Assembly: GCF_009914755.1 (NCBI RefSeq)
Contig: NC_060936.1
Length of the DNA stretch: 64,000 nt
DNA from: the human T2T-CHM13v2.0 reference genome, Homo sapiens
Reading direction: 5' to 3' (one strand)
Shown: positions 34,665 to 54,321 of the stretch, in pieces
How the letters are laid out: each line of letters begins with the position of its first letter
Position numbering within the stretch: the stretch's first letter is position 1
Position numbers and translations under genes: made by a program
Notes under the pieces: model-generated
Databases searched by the model: none
What the model saw: only the letters and a program-made list of their open reading frames with translations
Told to the model about the DNA's origin: nothing

Positions 34665-34759
34665 GCATTTTGTATCAATTTAATATATAAAATTGAAATC
34701 AATAAAATATTTGTTTCAAAAAAGGTTGTTAATACAAAGAATGGTCAAGTTTAGCAGCA

Positions 34760-34960
34760 TAAAATATGGAAAGGATATGGTCTTTGGAATCAGACAGAGA
34801 TTCAAACCCAAGCTTCACCATTTTATAGCAGTGCTAATTTGGGAAAATTACCAACTCTGACTTCAGGCCACTCATCTCTGAAATGCTTATCATAGGATTG
34901 CTGAATTTAGACAGATAATAAATATATATATGAAAGTGCTGTGCTTAACACGTGGTGGAA
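34760..34960 (+). mobile_element. MIR SINE
   Basis: CTTTGGAATCAGACAGAGATTCAAACCCAAGCTTCACCA...GGGAAAATTAC...AAAGTGCT. Confidence 0.65.
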
Positions 34961-35193
34961 TTCCATGTAACTACTTCCCTACACTTTTGTCAGTATGTGT
35001 GTTGAGCAAATACCACAGCTCCATATCTGGTTAAATCTGATTATGTAGCTTATATCTGAATTGGGCAATGTCTACCCACAACTTATCAATCTATTGTTTT
35101 GACTGTCAGATTCAATCCAAATACCTGTTGACCTTTTGAGAAAAGTTGAGGAATGGATACACTGACGGTTAGTGGCTCCTCTTGTAATCCTGA

Positions 35194-35582
35194 TATTATG
35201 GATTGAATTGCGTTTCCATCCAAAATTCATATGTCAAAATCCTAACCCCAGTATCTCAGAATGTAACTCGATTTGAATATAGGTTAAAGGAGTAATGAAG
35301 TTAAAATGAAGTCATTATAGTAGGCCCAAATTCAGTAGGACTGGTGTTTCCATAAGAAGAGAAAATTTGGACACAGACACATATAGAGGGAAGACAATGG
35401 TAAGATACAAAGAGAAAATGGTCATCTGTAAACGAAAGAGGGATGGGCCCTAAAAAAATCAACCCTGCTGAGAGTTTGATCTTGGACTTTGTAGGCTTCA
35501 GAATTGTGAGAAAATTAATTTCCATTTTTTAAACCACCCAGTCTCTCATACTTTGTTGTGGCAACCCTAGAAAAGTAATACA
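35194..35582 (+). mobile_element. MLT1B-like MaLR solo LTR
   Basis: TATTATGGATTGAATTG...CAAAATTCATATG...GGCAACCCTAGAAAAGTAATACA; its 3' terminus is the target site of the adjacent L1. Confidence 0.85.
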
Positions 35583-36611
35583 TGTGGGTGGATCATTCCA
35601 AGATGGCCGAATAGGAACAGCTCTGGTCTGCAGCTCCCAGTGAGATCGAGGCAGAAGATGGGTAATTTCTGCATTTCCAACTGAGGTACCTGGTTCATCT
35701 CATTGGGACTGGTTGGAGAGTGGGTGCAGCCCACGGAGGGTGAGTCAAAGCAGGGCGGGGCCTCATCTTGCCTGGGAAGTGTAAGAAGTCAGGGGATTTC
35801 CCTTTCCTAGCCAAGGGAAGCCATGACAGATGGTACCTGGAAAATCAGGATGCTCCTGCCCAAATACTGTGCTTTTCCAATGGTCTTAGCAAACAGCACA
35901 CCAGGAAATTTTATCCTGTGCCTGGCTTGGCAGGTCCCATGCCCACAGAGCCTTGCTCACTGCTAATGTAGCAGTCTGAGATCAAACTGTGAGGTGGCAG
36001 CATGGGCTGTGGGAGCGGAGTCTGCCATTGCTGAGGCTTAAGTAGGTAAACAAAGCAGCAGTGAAGCTCAAACGGGGTGGAGCTCACTGCAGCTCAATGA
36101 GGCCTGCCTACCTCTGTAGATTCCACTTCTGGGGGCAGGGTATAGCTGAACAAAAGGCAGCAGAAACGTCTGCAGACTTAAACGTCCCTGTCTGACAGCT
36201 CTGAAGAGAGCAGTGGTCCTCCATGCATGGAGATTGAGCTCTGAGAACAGACAGACTGCCTCCTCAAGTGGGTCCCTGACCCCTGTGTAGCCTAACTGGG
36301 GGATACCTGCCACTAGGGGCCAACTGACACCTCATACAGCCAGTGCCCCTCTGAGACGAAGCTTCCAGAGGAAGGATTAGGCAGCAATATTTGCTGTTCT
36401 GCAGCCTCCACTGGTGATATCCAGGCAAAAAGGGTCTGGAGTGGACCTCCAGCAAACTCCAACAGACCTGCAGCTGAGGGTCCTGAGTGTTACAAGGAAA
36501 ACTAACAAACAGAAAGGAATAGCATCAACATCAACAGAAAGGACATCCACACCAAAACCCCATCTGTAGGTAACCAACATCAAAGACCAAAGGTAGATAA
36601 AACCCACAAAG

Positions 36612-37635
36612 ATGAGTAGAAACCAGAGCAGAAAAGCTGAAAATTCTAAAAACCAGAGCGCCTCTTCTCCTCCAAAGGATCGCAGCTCGTTGCCAGCAAT
36701 GAAACAAAGCTGGATGGAAAATGACTTTGATGAGTTAACAAAAGTAGGCTTCAGAAGGCTGGTAATAACAAATTATCCTAGCTAAAGGAGGATGTTCAAA
36801 CCCACCGCAAGGAAGCTAAAAACCTTGAAAAAAGATTAGATGAATGGCGAACTAGAATAAACAGCATAGAGAAGACGTTAAATGACCTGATGGAGTGAAA
36901 ACCATGACATGAGAACTATGTGATGCATGCACAAGCTTCAGTAGCCAATTCAATCAAGTGAAAGAAAGGGTATCAGTAATAGAAGATCAAATGAATGAAA
37001 TGAAGTGAGAAGAGAAGTTTAGAGAAAAAAGAGTAAAAAGAAATGAACAAAGCCTCCAAGACATATGGGATTATGTGAAAAGACCAAATCTACATTAGAT
37101 TGGTGTACCTGAAAGTGATGGGGAGAATGGAACCAAGTTGGAAAACACCCTTCAGGACATTATCCAGGAGAACTTCCCCAACCTAGCGAGACAGGCCAAC
37201 ATTCAAAGTCAAGAAATACAGAGAACACCACAAAGATACTCCTTGAGAAGAGCAACCACAAGACACATGATTGTCAGATTCACCCAGATTGAAATGAAGG
37301 AAAAAATGTTAAGGGCAGCCAGAGAGAAAGGTTGGGTTACCCACAACGGGAAGCCCATCAGACTAACAGCAGATCCCTCGGCAGAAACTCTACAAGCCAG
37401 AAGAGAGTGGGGTCCAATATTCAACATTCTTAAAGAAAAGAATTTTCAAGCCACAATTTCATATCCAGCCAAACTAAGCTTCACAAGTGAAGGAGAAATA
37501 AAATCCTTTACAAACAAGCAGATGCTGAGAGATTTTGTCACCACCAGACCTGCCTCACAAGAGCTCCTGAAGGAAGTGCTAAACATGGAAAGGAACAACC
37601 GGTACCAGCCACTGCAAAAACATGCCAAATTGTAA
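36612..37635 (+). pseudogene. L1 ORF1, disrupted
   Basis: ATG at 36612, several stops and frameshifts; open C-terminal ORF 37138-37635. Confidence 0.9.
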
Positions 37636-37698
37636 AGACCATTGATGCTAAGAAGAAACTGCATCAACTAACGAGCAAAATAACCAGCTAACATCATA

Positions 37699-41521
<3,823 letters not shown>

Positions 41522-43231
41522 ACAATGAGAACATGTGGACACAGGGCGGGGAACATCACGCAGCGAGCCTGTTATGGAGTGGGGGGAGAGGGGAGGGATA
41601 GCATTAAGAGAAATACCTAATGTAAATGACAAGTTAATGGGTGCAGCACACCAACATGGCACACGTATACATATGTAACAAACCTGCACTTTGTGCACAC
41701 GTACCCTAGAACTTAAAGTATAATAAAAAAAAGAAAATGAATACATTTGGTACACACAATTTTGCCGTAAAGGTAGATCTTCCTAATACTTCTACTGAAA
41801 TACATTTTTATGTCTTTTGGTAAACAATTTTCATAGTTTTAATTTCATTAGGTTGAATTCATTATGAAAGTAACATTATTCTTACCCTTGTTATGATAAG
41901 ATTTAGAATTATACCTCTTCCTTTTGAAAAAATACATATCTAAAGAAACTTTTTATTCATATTTAAGGACTCCCACTGGTCACATAATTCAGATGCAATT
42001 AACAAGTTCTTGGAGAGCATGGATGTGGGTGATGGTGTCTAAAGGGAGGCTTGTCAATGCCTAGTAGGAATGAGGAATAGAATTCTTGCATTTTCATTAT
42101 GAAACTGGAGATAGCTTATTAATAGAAAAACCTTGAAATAATTGTAGGAGGCATAGCTTTTTTGTGTCGTATGTGAGTAGCATAAAGTATTAACTTATTT
42201 CCATGTGGTGAATATTTCAAGTACATAAAATCATTTTCCACCCCAAAAGTACAATTGACAGGTTTATTTCTATGTTAGCACTTTTCATTTTAATTAATTA
42301 GAATATAATAGTTTAACTCGTTTAGTCAAAGTTTATGATCATTCTGTTTCCAGACAAAGCAAAGCAAAATAAATAAAACACAGGTAAATACAAAACTGTT
42401 TAAAAATTTAGTGGTAAGTATGGCAGAGTCAGCATCCATGATCATGTAGTGCTGTACTTCTCTTTCATGTTGATTACAAAAAATGAACTTAAGTTTTCCA
42501 AAGACATAGCTATAGTTAAATGGTTCTACACAAAAGTCATGATTATATAACAATAAATTCTAATATTTATGCTCTAAAATTGGTTCTACCTTAATTACCA
42601 TAATTCACTGATATGGCAGCCCAACTGATACCTGAGGTTCAACCCTATGAAAAGGAAAATGTCTGAATCTACCAACTATGTATTCAGCCAGGTACCTGGC
42701 TAGAGAAAGCTTTCTCTGTCCACATCTGATCCCCATAGCCCTCCCAGGAGATCAGAAGTTTATTCTTTGTGTCCAGGGACTCCAGGCAATAGTCAAGACT
42801 GGAATGAGGTGGCAAGTTAAAAACAAGGAACTTGAGAGAATGTTTCCATAATGAATACTGGGATCTCATCCTCTTTCCCCAGTCCTGCTTCCAGAACAAC
42901 TATGACTGTGTGCAGGAGACTGGATAATTCTTTTTTGAAGAAACAGAACTACCTCACATGCATGGTGGTCCTCAAGGTTGGCAAGCTACTTCATCTCGCT
43001 TCAATGAAGCTCACCAGGCAAAACACCTCACCTCCAGTTGCAGATCATCCAACATGCTTTTTAGTATTTTGCTATTAATTATGAATGGGCAGATAAGGAG
43101 CCATAAGACATTTAGGAAAAGGATTCAACTTGAGGGAGGAAGGCCAAAATAAAGAGAAAAAAAAAAGTGGGGGACCTGAAAGACATGATGACTATGAATG
43201 AAGGAGACGAAAATTTCAAAAGAGAAGAGCC

Positions 43232-43380
43232 AGCTGGGTACAGTGGCTCATGCCTATTATCCCAGCACTTTGGGAGGTTAAAGTGCTGAGAATCGTTTGA
43301 GGCCAGGAGTTCAAAATCAGCCTGGCCAACATAGTGAGATCCCATCTCTATTTTTATTTAGAAGAGAGAGAGAGAGAGAA
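43232..43380 (+). mobile_element. FLAM_C-like Alu monomer with (GA)n tail
   Basis: Left-arm monomer only, followed by the tail. Confidence 0.8.
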
Positions 43381-44154
43381 GCCTATAATAATATCCTTGG
43401 AAAAGTAAGAAAATACATCATGCCTATGAAACCAGAATAGGGATGAATGGGGGAAAAAAAGCACTACACAAGAAAGAACAATGGTTTTTTAAAATATGAC
43501 AAAACAAGGATTTTGATAGAAAGATTCAGATACATGATCAAGATAATCACTGAAAATAGGATAGAAAAATAAGGAAAATTAGAAAATTATACCAAGGGGG
43601 GTAAAATCTAAATAAGAGTTCCAGAATGGAAAAAAAATCAGAGGAAAAAAGTTATCAAAAACAAAATCAAGAGAAATTTTCCAGGGCTAAAAGATATAAG
43701 TCCTTGTATTGAAAGCCCCACTGTCTACCTCTTTGACAGATTAAAAGACCCATACAAACACACTCTGTTAAATTTCAGAACAGGGTGAAAGATCCAAAAA
43801 CCTATAAGCTGGGCTGGGGGAATACGGAGTCATATGCAAAGAAACAGGCATTATAATGGCACTGGATGGCTAACAGCAACATTAAACAATAGAAGACAGC
43901 AGGAACAATAATTTCAAAATTCTAAGAGCACACTTTCCAACATAGACCTCAACCTAGACTAAAAAGTAAGTGTGAGCATACAAAAAACATGCATTTTTAA
44001 ACATTCAATAACTAAAAAAAAAAATATTGCCATACACACTTTTCTAGGAAGCTTCAAAGATGTTTGCTTCACCAAAATGAGGGAATAAACCAAGAAAGGG
44101 GAAGACACAGAATCCAGGTCAAAGATACAAAACTTTTTCTGGATGTAAAAAGTA

Positions 44155-44564
44155 CAGTTGACCCTTGAACTTATATGAGGGTTTTTTCCCACCTCTGCCA
44201 CCCCCGAGACAGTGAGACCAACTCCTCCCCTTTCTCCTCTTCAGCCTACACAACTTGAGGACAACAAGGATGAAGATCTTTATAATAATCCACTTCCACT
44301 TAATGAATAGTAAATATATTTTCTCTTCCTTATGATATTCTTAATAACATTTTCTTTTCTCTAGCTTACTTTATTGTAAGAGTATAGTATATAATACCTA
44401 TAACATAAATTTGTATTGATTTAGTGTTTATGTTCACTGTAAGGCTTCTGGTCAACAATAGGTTATTAGTAGTTAAGTTTTAGGGAGTCAAAAGTTACAC
44501 ATGGGTTTTTTTACTGCACCGGAAATTGGTTCCCCTAACCCCCACACTGCTCAAGGGTCAATTT
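44155..44564 (+). mobile_element. Tigger2a (MER28) TcMar DNA transposon
   Basis: TIRs CAGTTGACCCTTGA ... TCAAGGGTCAA, TA flanks, characteristic AT-rich core. Confidence 0.85.
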
Positions 44565-44758
44565 TATTGAGTTTGAGAACTCTGCACCAAACTACAGAGC
44601 AACCAGTCTAGATTAGAGAACCAAGCAGACAACTACAGGAAAGAATTCTGCAGTGGGGTGAATAAGTTGGAGTGAGAGGTTGTTTTGTGTGTTTAAGCAT
44701 TTGCGAAAAGTTCATCAATGTTTAAAGATTTGGTGGACCATCAAAAAAAAAAAAATAC

Positions 44759-44890
44759 AGCTGGGCACAGTGGTATGTGTCTGTAATCCCAGCTACTCCA
44801 GAGGCTATAGCAGGAGGATCACTTGAGCCCAGGAGTTCAAGTCCAGCCTGGGCAACACAGCGAGACCCTGCCCCAGAAAAGAAAAGAAAA
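44759..44890 (+). mobile_element. FLAM_A-like Alu monomer
   Basis: TGTAATCCCAGCTACTC...GGATCACTTGAGCCCAGGAGTTCAAG...; (GAAAA)n tail. Confidence 0.8.
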
Positions 44891-46031
44891 TTTATAGGAA
44901 ACTAAATAAATAGAAAACTAAGCAAATAAATAACACCCACTATTACCCCCAAGGATGTGGAAGGAAAATATTGTAAGAGAAATGAAAATGTGATCCTAGT
45001 CCAGTAAGTTATTAGTGAGCAATATTTATTATCATAAAAATATAAACATTGTAATTTAAAATATGATAGAATTATATTGGGAAACTGGAAGAAAGAAATG
45101 AGACTGAGGTGCAGTAAGAGCTTAAATCCTCAACCACCAGAAAAGCAAGTCAGTGATTAAAATCCATAAATGAAGAAATAAATGTATATTCTTTAGAAAC
45201 CTATAGGTAAATATCAGAGGCAACTTCCACAGAGTAGTATGGACTGGAGATATTATTTCTAAACTATGTGTCTACATTACTTCGATTAAAATAAAAGTTC
45301 TACAAACAACATTCCCTGTGGAATCAGTGTTAACAGAAAGTAAAACTGCATAGCTTTAGGGACTTGAGAAGGTAGCTCTCTAATAACAAATGACTGAAAA
45401 CCAGAAACTCTTATTTCCCATTTTGGCTAAGATTATTATTACTGTGGCTTCCAGCCTGGAATGGCAACCCCTCTTATTCCCTAGGTTACCTTGGGCATGT
45501 TGCTTGGTCACCAAGTACCTCAGTCTACCTCTGTAAATTATGGGTAATGACAATGCTTCTCTCATGGCCTTGGGAAGAGCATCCTTCCACCGTGCCGACA
45601 AATAGTAAGCATTCAATGAGAACAGCCCAACAAATAGATCAGTGAGGGGTGCTGGGGCTGAGTAAGGAAGCAGCTGATGCAGAATTAACGGATCATCTCT
45701 GCTTTGGACATGGATGAGGGACTGAGCACATGTATGCCTACAGGATCAGGTCGAAGACTTAATGAGTTGTGAGGAATAGACATTAGAATCAGGGCACGCA
45801 ATGTATGAATGGCAGGGACTATGAAAGAAACAGAAACTTAGCTCATTCTCATCATGGCCATGCAGAATTTCAAGTCTTTTGTACTAGATTCACCTTTTAA
45901 ATCATCTGCTTTTCAAATCATCTGATTTCAAGTCATAACATGTCAATAAAACATCATGCAAGCCAAACTAAATCCATCTTTAAGCTGTACATAGCTTACA
46001 ACTCCCCATTCAGCAGTATCTAAGAAAGGTG

Positions 46032-46222
46032 TTAGCTGGTACAAAAGTTATTGTGGTTTTTACCATTACTTTTAATGCCATTTGTTTTTATGGTTTTTGC
46101 ACAATAAATTGGTGTAACTTGTACCAGCCTAATAACTTTCTGAGACTCCTAACTGGAGAGCAGTCTCTAAGAAATGCCATTAAAAGTAATGGCAAAAACC
46201 ACAATAACTTGTACCAACCTAT
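46032..46222. mobile_element. Rearranged MADE1 (Hsmar1 MITE) palindrome
   Basis: MADE1-like arms TGGTACAAAAGTTATTGTGGTTTTTACCATTACTTTTAATG and CATTAAAAGTAATGGCAAAAACCACAATAACTTGTACCAACCTA, separated by ~88 bp. Confidence 0.8.
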
Positions 46223-47240
46223 ATCCACGGTCTTGCTCTGTATGGCATTGAGTAAAGGCATCATGGCCAGGTCATTCCTTATACTATTTAATGAGAAGGG
46301 CGATGGCATGTGCTCTTTTTATTGGTGCATGAAAATAGTTCATTTGCAGTTAATGTTATTACAGAAAGAAATAGTAATTTTAAAATGTTGTGAGTACATA
46401 TCTTCTTTAATATTCTACGTATTACCTAATGCCTTCTAGTAAATGAAGAGTGCATGAGAAAGTTTGCTCTTTGTTATACTTTTTCCTGGTAATTCTGAAA
46501 TGTACTAGAAAGTAATGTTTTAGCTCCTGTAATTGTCAATAAGCTTTTAAGTCCTCTACTATGGTCATGATGATATACTTTTGAGATGTTGCAACTACTC
46601 ATTGAAAATACTTGAAGTGATAGGAAATATGTATATCTGATGTAAATAAAATAAAACATTGAAGAGGAAAATGACTTTCCATTGACCCTGTAAATTTAAC
46701 ATTTAAAAAACAAGAAAATTGAACGTCTATGTAAAAACACTACCTCTCTGTCCATCATGTAAAATGAATTAAAGACATTACCATAATCAAAATACATTTG
46801 AAACAAATTATAAGAACTACTTTCTAGAGAGTTTTATCTGTGACTAGAAAATTATAGACTCTTTATTGATAATCACCCAAGTAAACTCTGGGCATAATGT
46901 CAGTGTGGACAAAATTTATCAGTGATAGCTAAGGAAGAAATGAAAATGAATTTCAAAACTAATTCAAAAATCCTCAAATTTGTAATTAATATGCAAAGTA
47001 TTATGTAGATATGAACAAATATCTTTGAAACTGTAAAAGCATATAGCCTAAAATCACAAGACAACCAAACATAACAGTGAACTATTCCCTAAAATTCTAG
47101 GTGTAATCGTTAAAATCTTCTAGCATTTCTGTCTTCTAGTGTTTTGTTGGGGGGGGTGATAGATATTATTACTAAATACGGCTGCTTGTTTCTAATATAT
47201 TCTATATATGTTCATTAACATTAACATTGATCTTTTAGAA

Positions 47241-47421
47241 CAGGGGCTGGCAGACTACAGCCTGCAGACCAATTTCAGCCATGCCCATTTGCTACTGTCT
47301 AACGACCACTTTGCTTTCATGCTACTATGGCAGAGTTGAGTAGTTGTGGCAGAGACTATACAGGTCACAAAGCCTAAAATACTTACTTTCTGATTCTTTA
47401 CAGAAAAGGATTGCTGATCCT
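47241..47421 (+). mobile_element. MER58A hAT-Charlie element
   Basis: CAGGGGCTGGCAGACTACAGCC...GCAGAGTTGAGTAGTTG...AAAGCCTAAAATACTTACT...CTTTACAGAAAA. Confidence 0.8.
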
Positions 47422-50009
47422 TATTTTAGAGAAGTATATTAGACCTTCATAGGGGAAAAATTATGTAGCTTGTCTCTTTGGAATGTGTGCCTCTAAAATC
47501 AGGATCTTTTCTCTTACTTCTTTCACATAATTCATAGCATTTAATTATTGGAAAAATAATAATGTCTTTTCTATAATAAAATGAATATTCTAGGCAAATA
47601 GGAAATGATTATTGTCATCTGTTTTTGAAAAATACATTTTTAAATGGGTTCCACATGAACTACCATAATAATCTGGGGAAACAGGATTTATGTCACTGGG
47701 CTTCAGAGATTTTTACAGTAGTTTTTTTTCAACAAATAAGATCTTATGATGGAATTCCAATTTAGAGATCAGATAAGAGGAATATATATGTTCCTCCATG
47801 GGTTGTCAGGAAAAAAAATTCTCCAGTGAGTCCTTGAATGTCAGGGACGATAGTTTGCAACGGTCTAGAAAAATCACTGAGTTATCGTGGCATATACAAC
47901 TGGATCATAACCAGATAAAAATAACCAATGACTCTTTTGTTTCCCTTATATCCCCATAATAGATTTTTACAATGTGCTAAACAAGTATTGAATGCTGATG
48001 TACAATACAAAGGCAAGAAATTGTATTATATACAAATGTGCTGTAATGAATAAACTGTGAACCCCTTAAGGGCAGAGACTTCCATATAAGAATGCAATAT
48101 ATTCTAAAGGTCATTTTCATGGGACTCAATATATCTTCCACTAATTGGGACATGACTACGAAGGCTGATAGGAATAAAATCATTTGGTCTATATAAGACA
48201 TACCTAATAGGTCCTAGTACTTTGCAACTTAACTGGGTTATGTTTATTAATGACAGCACATTCTAGTCACTGCCAAAGAAGATACCTATATTTGGTTTAG
48301 GATAGAAAAACCTACATTTGAAGAAAGCTTAGCAAGCAGAAATAGTCACAGAAATATTTCAAGAATTGAAGAGTAATAAATTACAGGATGATTATTGCCA
48401 AGACACTCTTCCTGTAAGTGGGCTCTTCGAAGTAATCACAAAAAGAATTATTTAGGAAAGCCCACTTTATCATTCTTTATTTAGAGCCAAGTGTCATTAT
48501 TTTTTATTACCCTCTTCCTATGCCTTAAGCTATACTCACTACAAACCCAAATACATCATTTTTACCAAAAGCAATGTGAGTGAGATGTATGTATCTGTCC
48601 TGCTTGTTTCTGCAATATTTGAATGAAAGGGTAATATTATAAAGATGTTCTCAATTTGTAAGGAGAAAAAAACTTTGTGTTAAATATAAAATAGACGTGT
48701 TCTAATTGTATGGCGTCATCTGTCCACCTGTGCTAGATTTTGCTACACAAATATCAGTCACAGATTCTGTTTCCTACATCTGACTTCAACATCAGACTCC
48801 TCTTTTGCCTTTCTGTTCAAACTAGGTCTCTGGATATTGACTTGACATGTATTTTGACTGTAGCATATACAATGTACTCTGGAGTCAAGCACAGCTCGAA
48901 TCTAAGTTCTGCAATGTAGAAGTTACGGGATGGTGGCAAATTACTTCTGTGTCATGAACTTCATCTTGCTCATCTTTAAGGTAGAATATGTAAGAGAACA
49001 CTTTTAAAGGGGTGATGAGAGAATTCAATGGTACAGTGCATGTAAAGTACTCAGCTTGATGCACGGCAAGGTGGACAAGGAGACGGAGGTATACAGCTTT
49101 TCCTAGACTCTGTTGTCCAACTTTCACTATGAATGCCAGAACTAGCCATCCACTAGGGCTCTGTCTCTCTCCTTCAGTTTGCCTGACAACTGGGTGTCTG
49201 ACCACTCACATCTCAGAGGAAATCTGCTGATCCCATCTAATCAGAAAATATCAAGACCTGCTGTAGAGAGAAGAGCAACTAAGAAGAATGAATACATTCT
49301 AGAGTGGATTTACATAAAATTCTGGGACTTCTGTGAGATGGAATCCCAAGTAAAAGAGAGAATCATTCCGTCTCAGAAGGAATAGTTTGGAGAGACGCTT
49401 GATCAAAATAATGGAATCCTAGAGCGCAGTGGTCAGAAGGAGACTATCCTTCGTTATGGGATAATGCAAAGTGGTACACAGAGGAAGGAAGGAAGTCAGG
49501 CTATTTTAGGAGATGAAAGGAGGCTTTAAACCTTCTGTTATGCCCAAAGTGAAAGATGGACACATCACCTCTGCCCTTCTGAATTGAGTTGATTCCATGG
49601 CACAGAAAAAAGTGCCTTCTTTATGTATATTATAACTCTTCTAACACTATTTGCTGTGAAAGGCAGCACCTATTTGGTATTTAATCAGTACTGTACGCTT
49701 GAGAGTGGGAGTCAGATTTCCCTCCCTTCTCCTTTCCCTCTCCACTCCCTGAACTTATTATAGTGGTAAACATTCAGAATAAAAGATACTTATTGAATTG
49801 AATATGTAGTTCTTTAAATTGAGATATGAATTGTGTCTCACTGTGGATTTTGTACTTATGTAACAATACCTATTAATCCTGAAATATAAAAAAACCCAAG
49901 GTCTTTTGTGTATGGGTATAAAATCTGAAATGTGAAGCCTAAGGGAACACATTAGGGAAAAATGTGTGCTATAATCAGATGGTACAAGTCCAGTTGTCTT
50001 CCTTAGTAG

Positions 50010-50333
<324 letters not shown>

Positions 50334-50429
50334 TGACCCTTTACTGATCAAAGTTCAATAGTACCCCATTCCAACTCCACAGCCATCAAAACAGTCATAA
50401 TGCTGGGAACTAGGACACTGGTTTGTCAT

Positions 50430-53330
<2,901 letters not shown>

Positions 53331-53373
53331 ATAACTTCTTTTTTAATCTGCCTATTTTTCCCCCTCTCTAAAT

Positions 53374-53555
53374 CAGCAGTTCTTAATTCTTAGTTCCCAT
53401 TAGAATTAACTGGGAAGCTTTTAAAATTATCAAAGCCAAGGCCCACCACCAGGAAATAGTCTGAGTTACTAGAAATAGGATAGAGGCTGAGCTTTAGAAT
53501 GGTTTAAAGCTCCCTAAGTTATTCTAATATGCAACTAAAGGTTAAAGACTACTGG
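53374..53555. mobile_element. MER5-family hAT-Charlie element
   Basis: CAGCAGTTCTTAA...ATTAGAATTAACTGGGAAGCTTTTAAAA...TTCTAATATGCA...GTTAAAGACTACTG. Confidence 0.7.
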
Positions 53556-53603
53556 TCTACCCAATCTCATTCATACCCAGAGCTTCAATTACTATTTGTA
53601 CTA

Positions 53604-54321
53604 TGTTGGCCCGAAGACCTATTAACCTCAGTAGGGAAGTCACCAGGATCAAAAGGCTGAAGAAGAGACCCAAAGAAAGCAAATGAGACATTGAGTTTTA
53701 TTAGAGGCTTACATACACAGTAGAGAGTCTAGTGGCAGTGGGCAGGACAGAACCACTTTATGTATAGAAATGGTCCAGTGATGGTGGACGGGACAATGTA
53801 TCTACCTTACATACAGTACAGTGGTGGTGGCTTGGAGAACGTATCCACTTTCCTACAGTCCAGTGGCAGTAGGATGGACAATATAACTGCACAGCCCAGT
53901 GGTGGCACGCTAGGCAGGAAAACTGCCTGCAAACATATGCAGTTTACATAGCATTTTCACTTAACACTTTCCCCTTAACAGCCTCCACCTGGCAACCTTC
54001 ACTTACCCCAAAATCTCAGGACCTCATTCCCCTGTATGGCCCATGTTCCATAGGACAAGCTGGACTTAACACTTTCCCCTTAACAGCCTCCACCTGGCAA
54101 CCTTTGTTTACCCCAAAAACTCAGGACCTTATTCCCCTGTATGGCCCATGTTCTATGGGACAGGCTGGACAGTTCAGATGTTTATCATACATAAGGAACA
54201 AATCTCCAGATTGGCCACTCCCAGATTTCCTAGCTTGGAACACATATTCGAGTGCATCTGCTGCACAGGGTCATTGTGAGGGTATGCTTAAAGTATTGCT
54301 ATCAGGTACATTTATGCTACA
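53604..54321 (-). mobile_element. Solo ERVL LTR (LTR32/LTR47/LTR62 group) with internal duplications
   Basis: TG...CA termini, perfect 5-bp TSD TACTA (53599-53603, 54322-54326), minus-strand AATAAA near 53700. Confidence 0.8.

Larger units (their letters stand above)
43050..45300 (+). mobile_element. Old HAL1/L1ME-like remnant interrupted by two Alu monomers and Tigger2a
   Basis: A-rich ORF1-like sequence (GAGAAATTTTCCAGGGCTAAAAG; TTCAAAATTCTAAGAG) and post-ORF1 motif AGAGCAACCAGTCTAGATT. Boundaries approximate. Confidence 0.6.

Noticed and set aside
53715-53925. CRISPR-like repeat-spacer pattern
   Set aside because: Repeats are degenerate, spacers are related to each other, it lies inside an ERVL LTR in primate DNA, and there are no cas genes.
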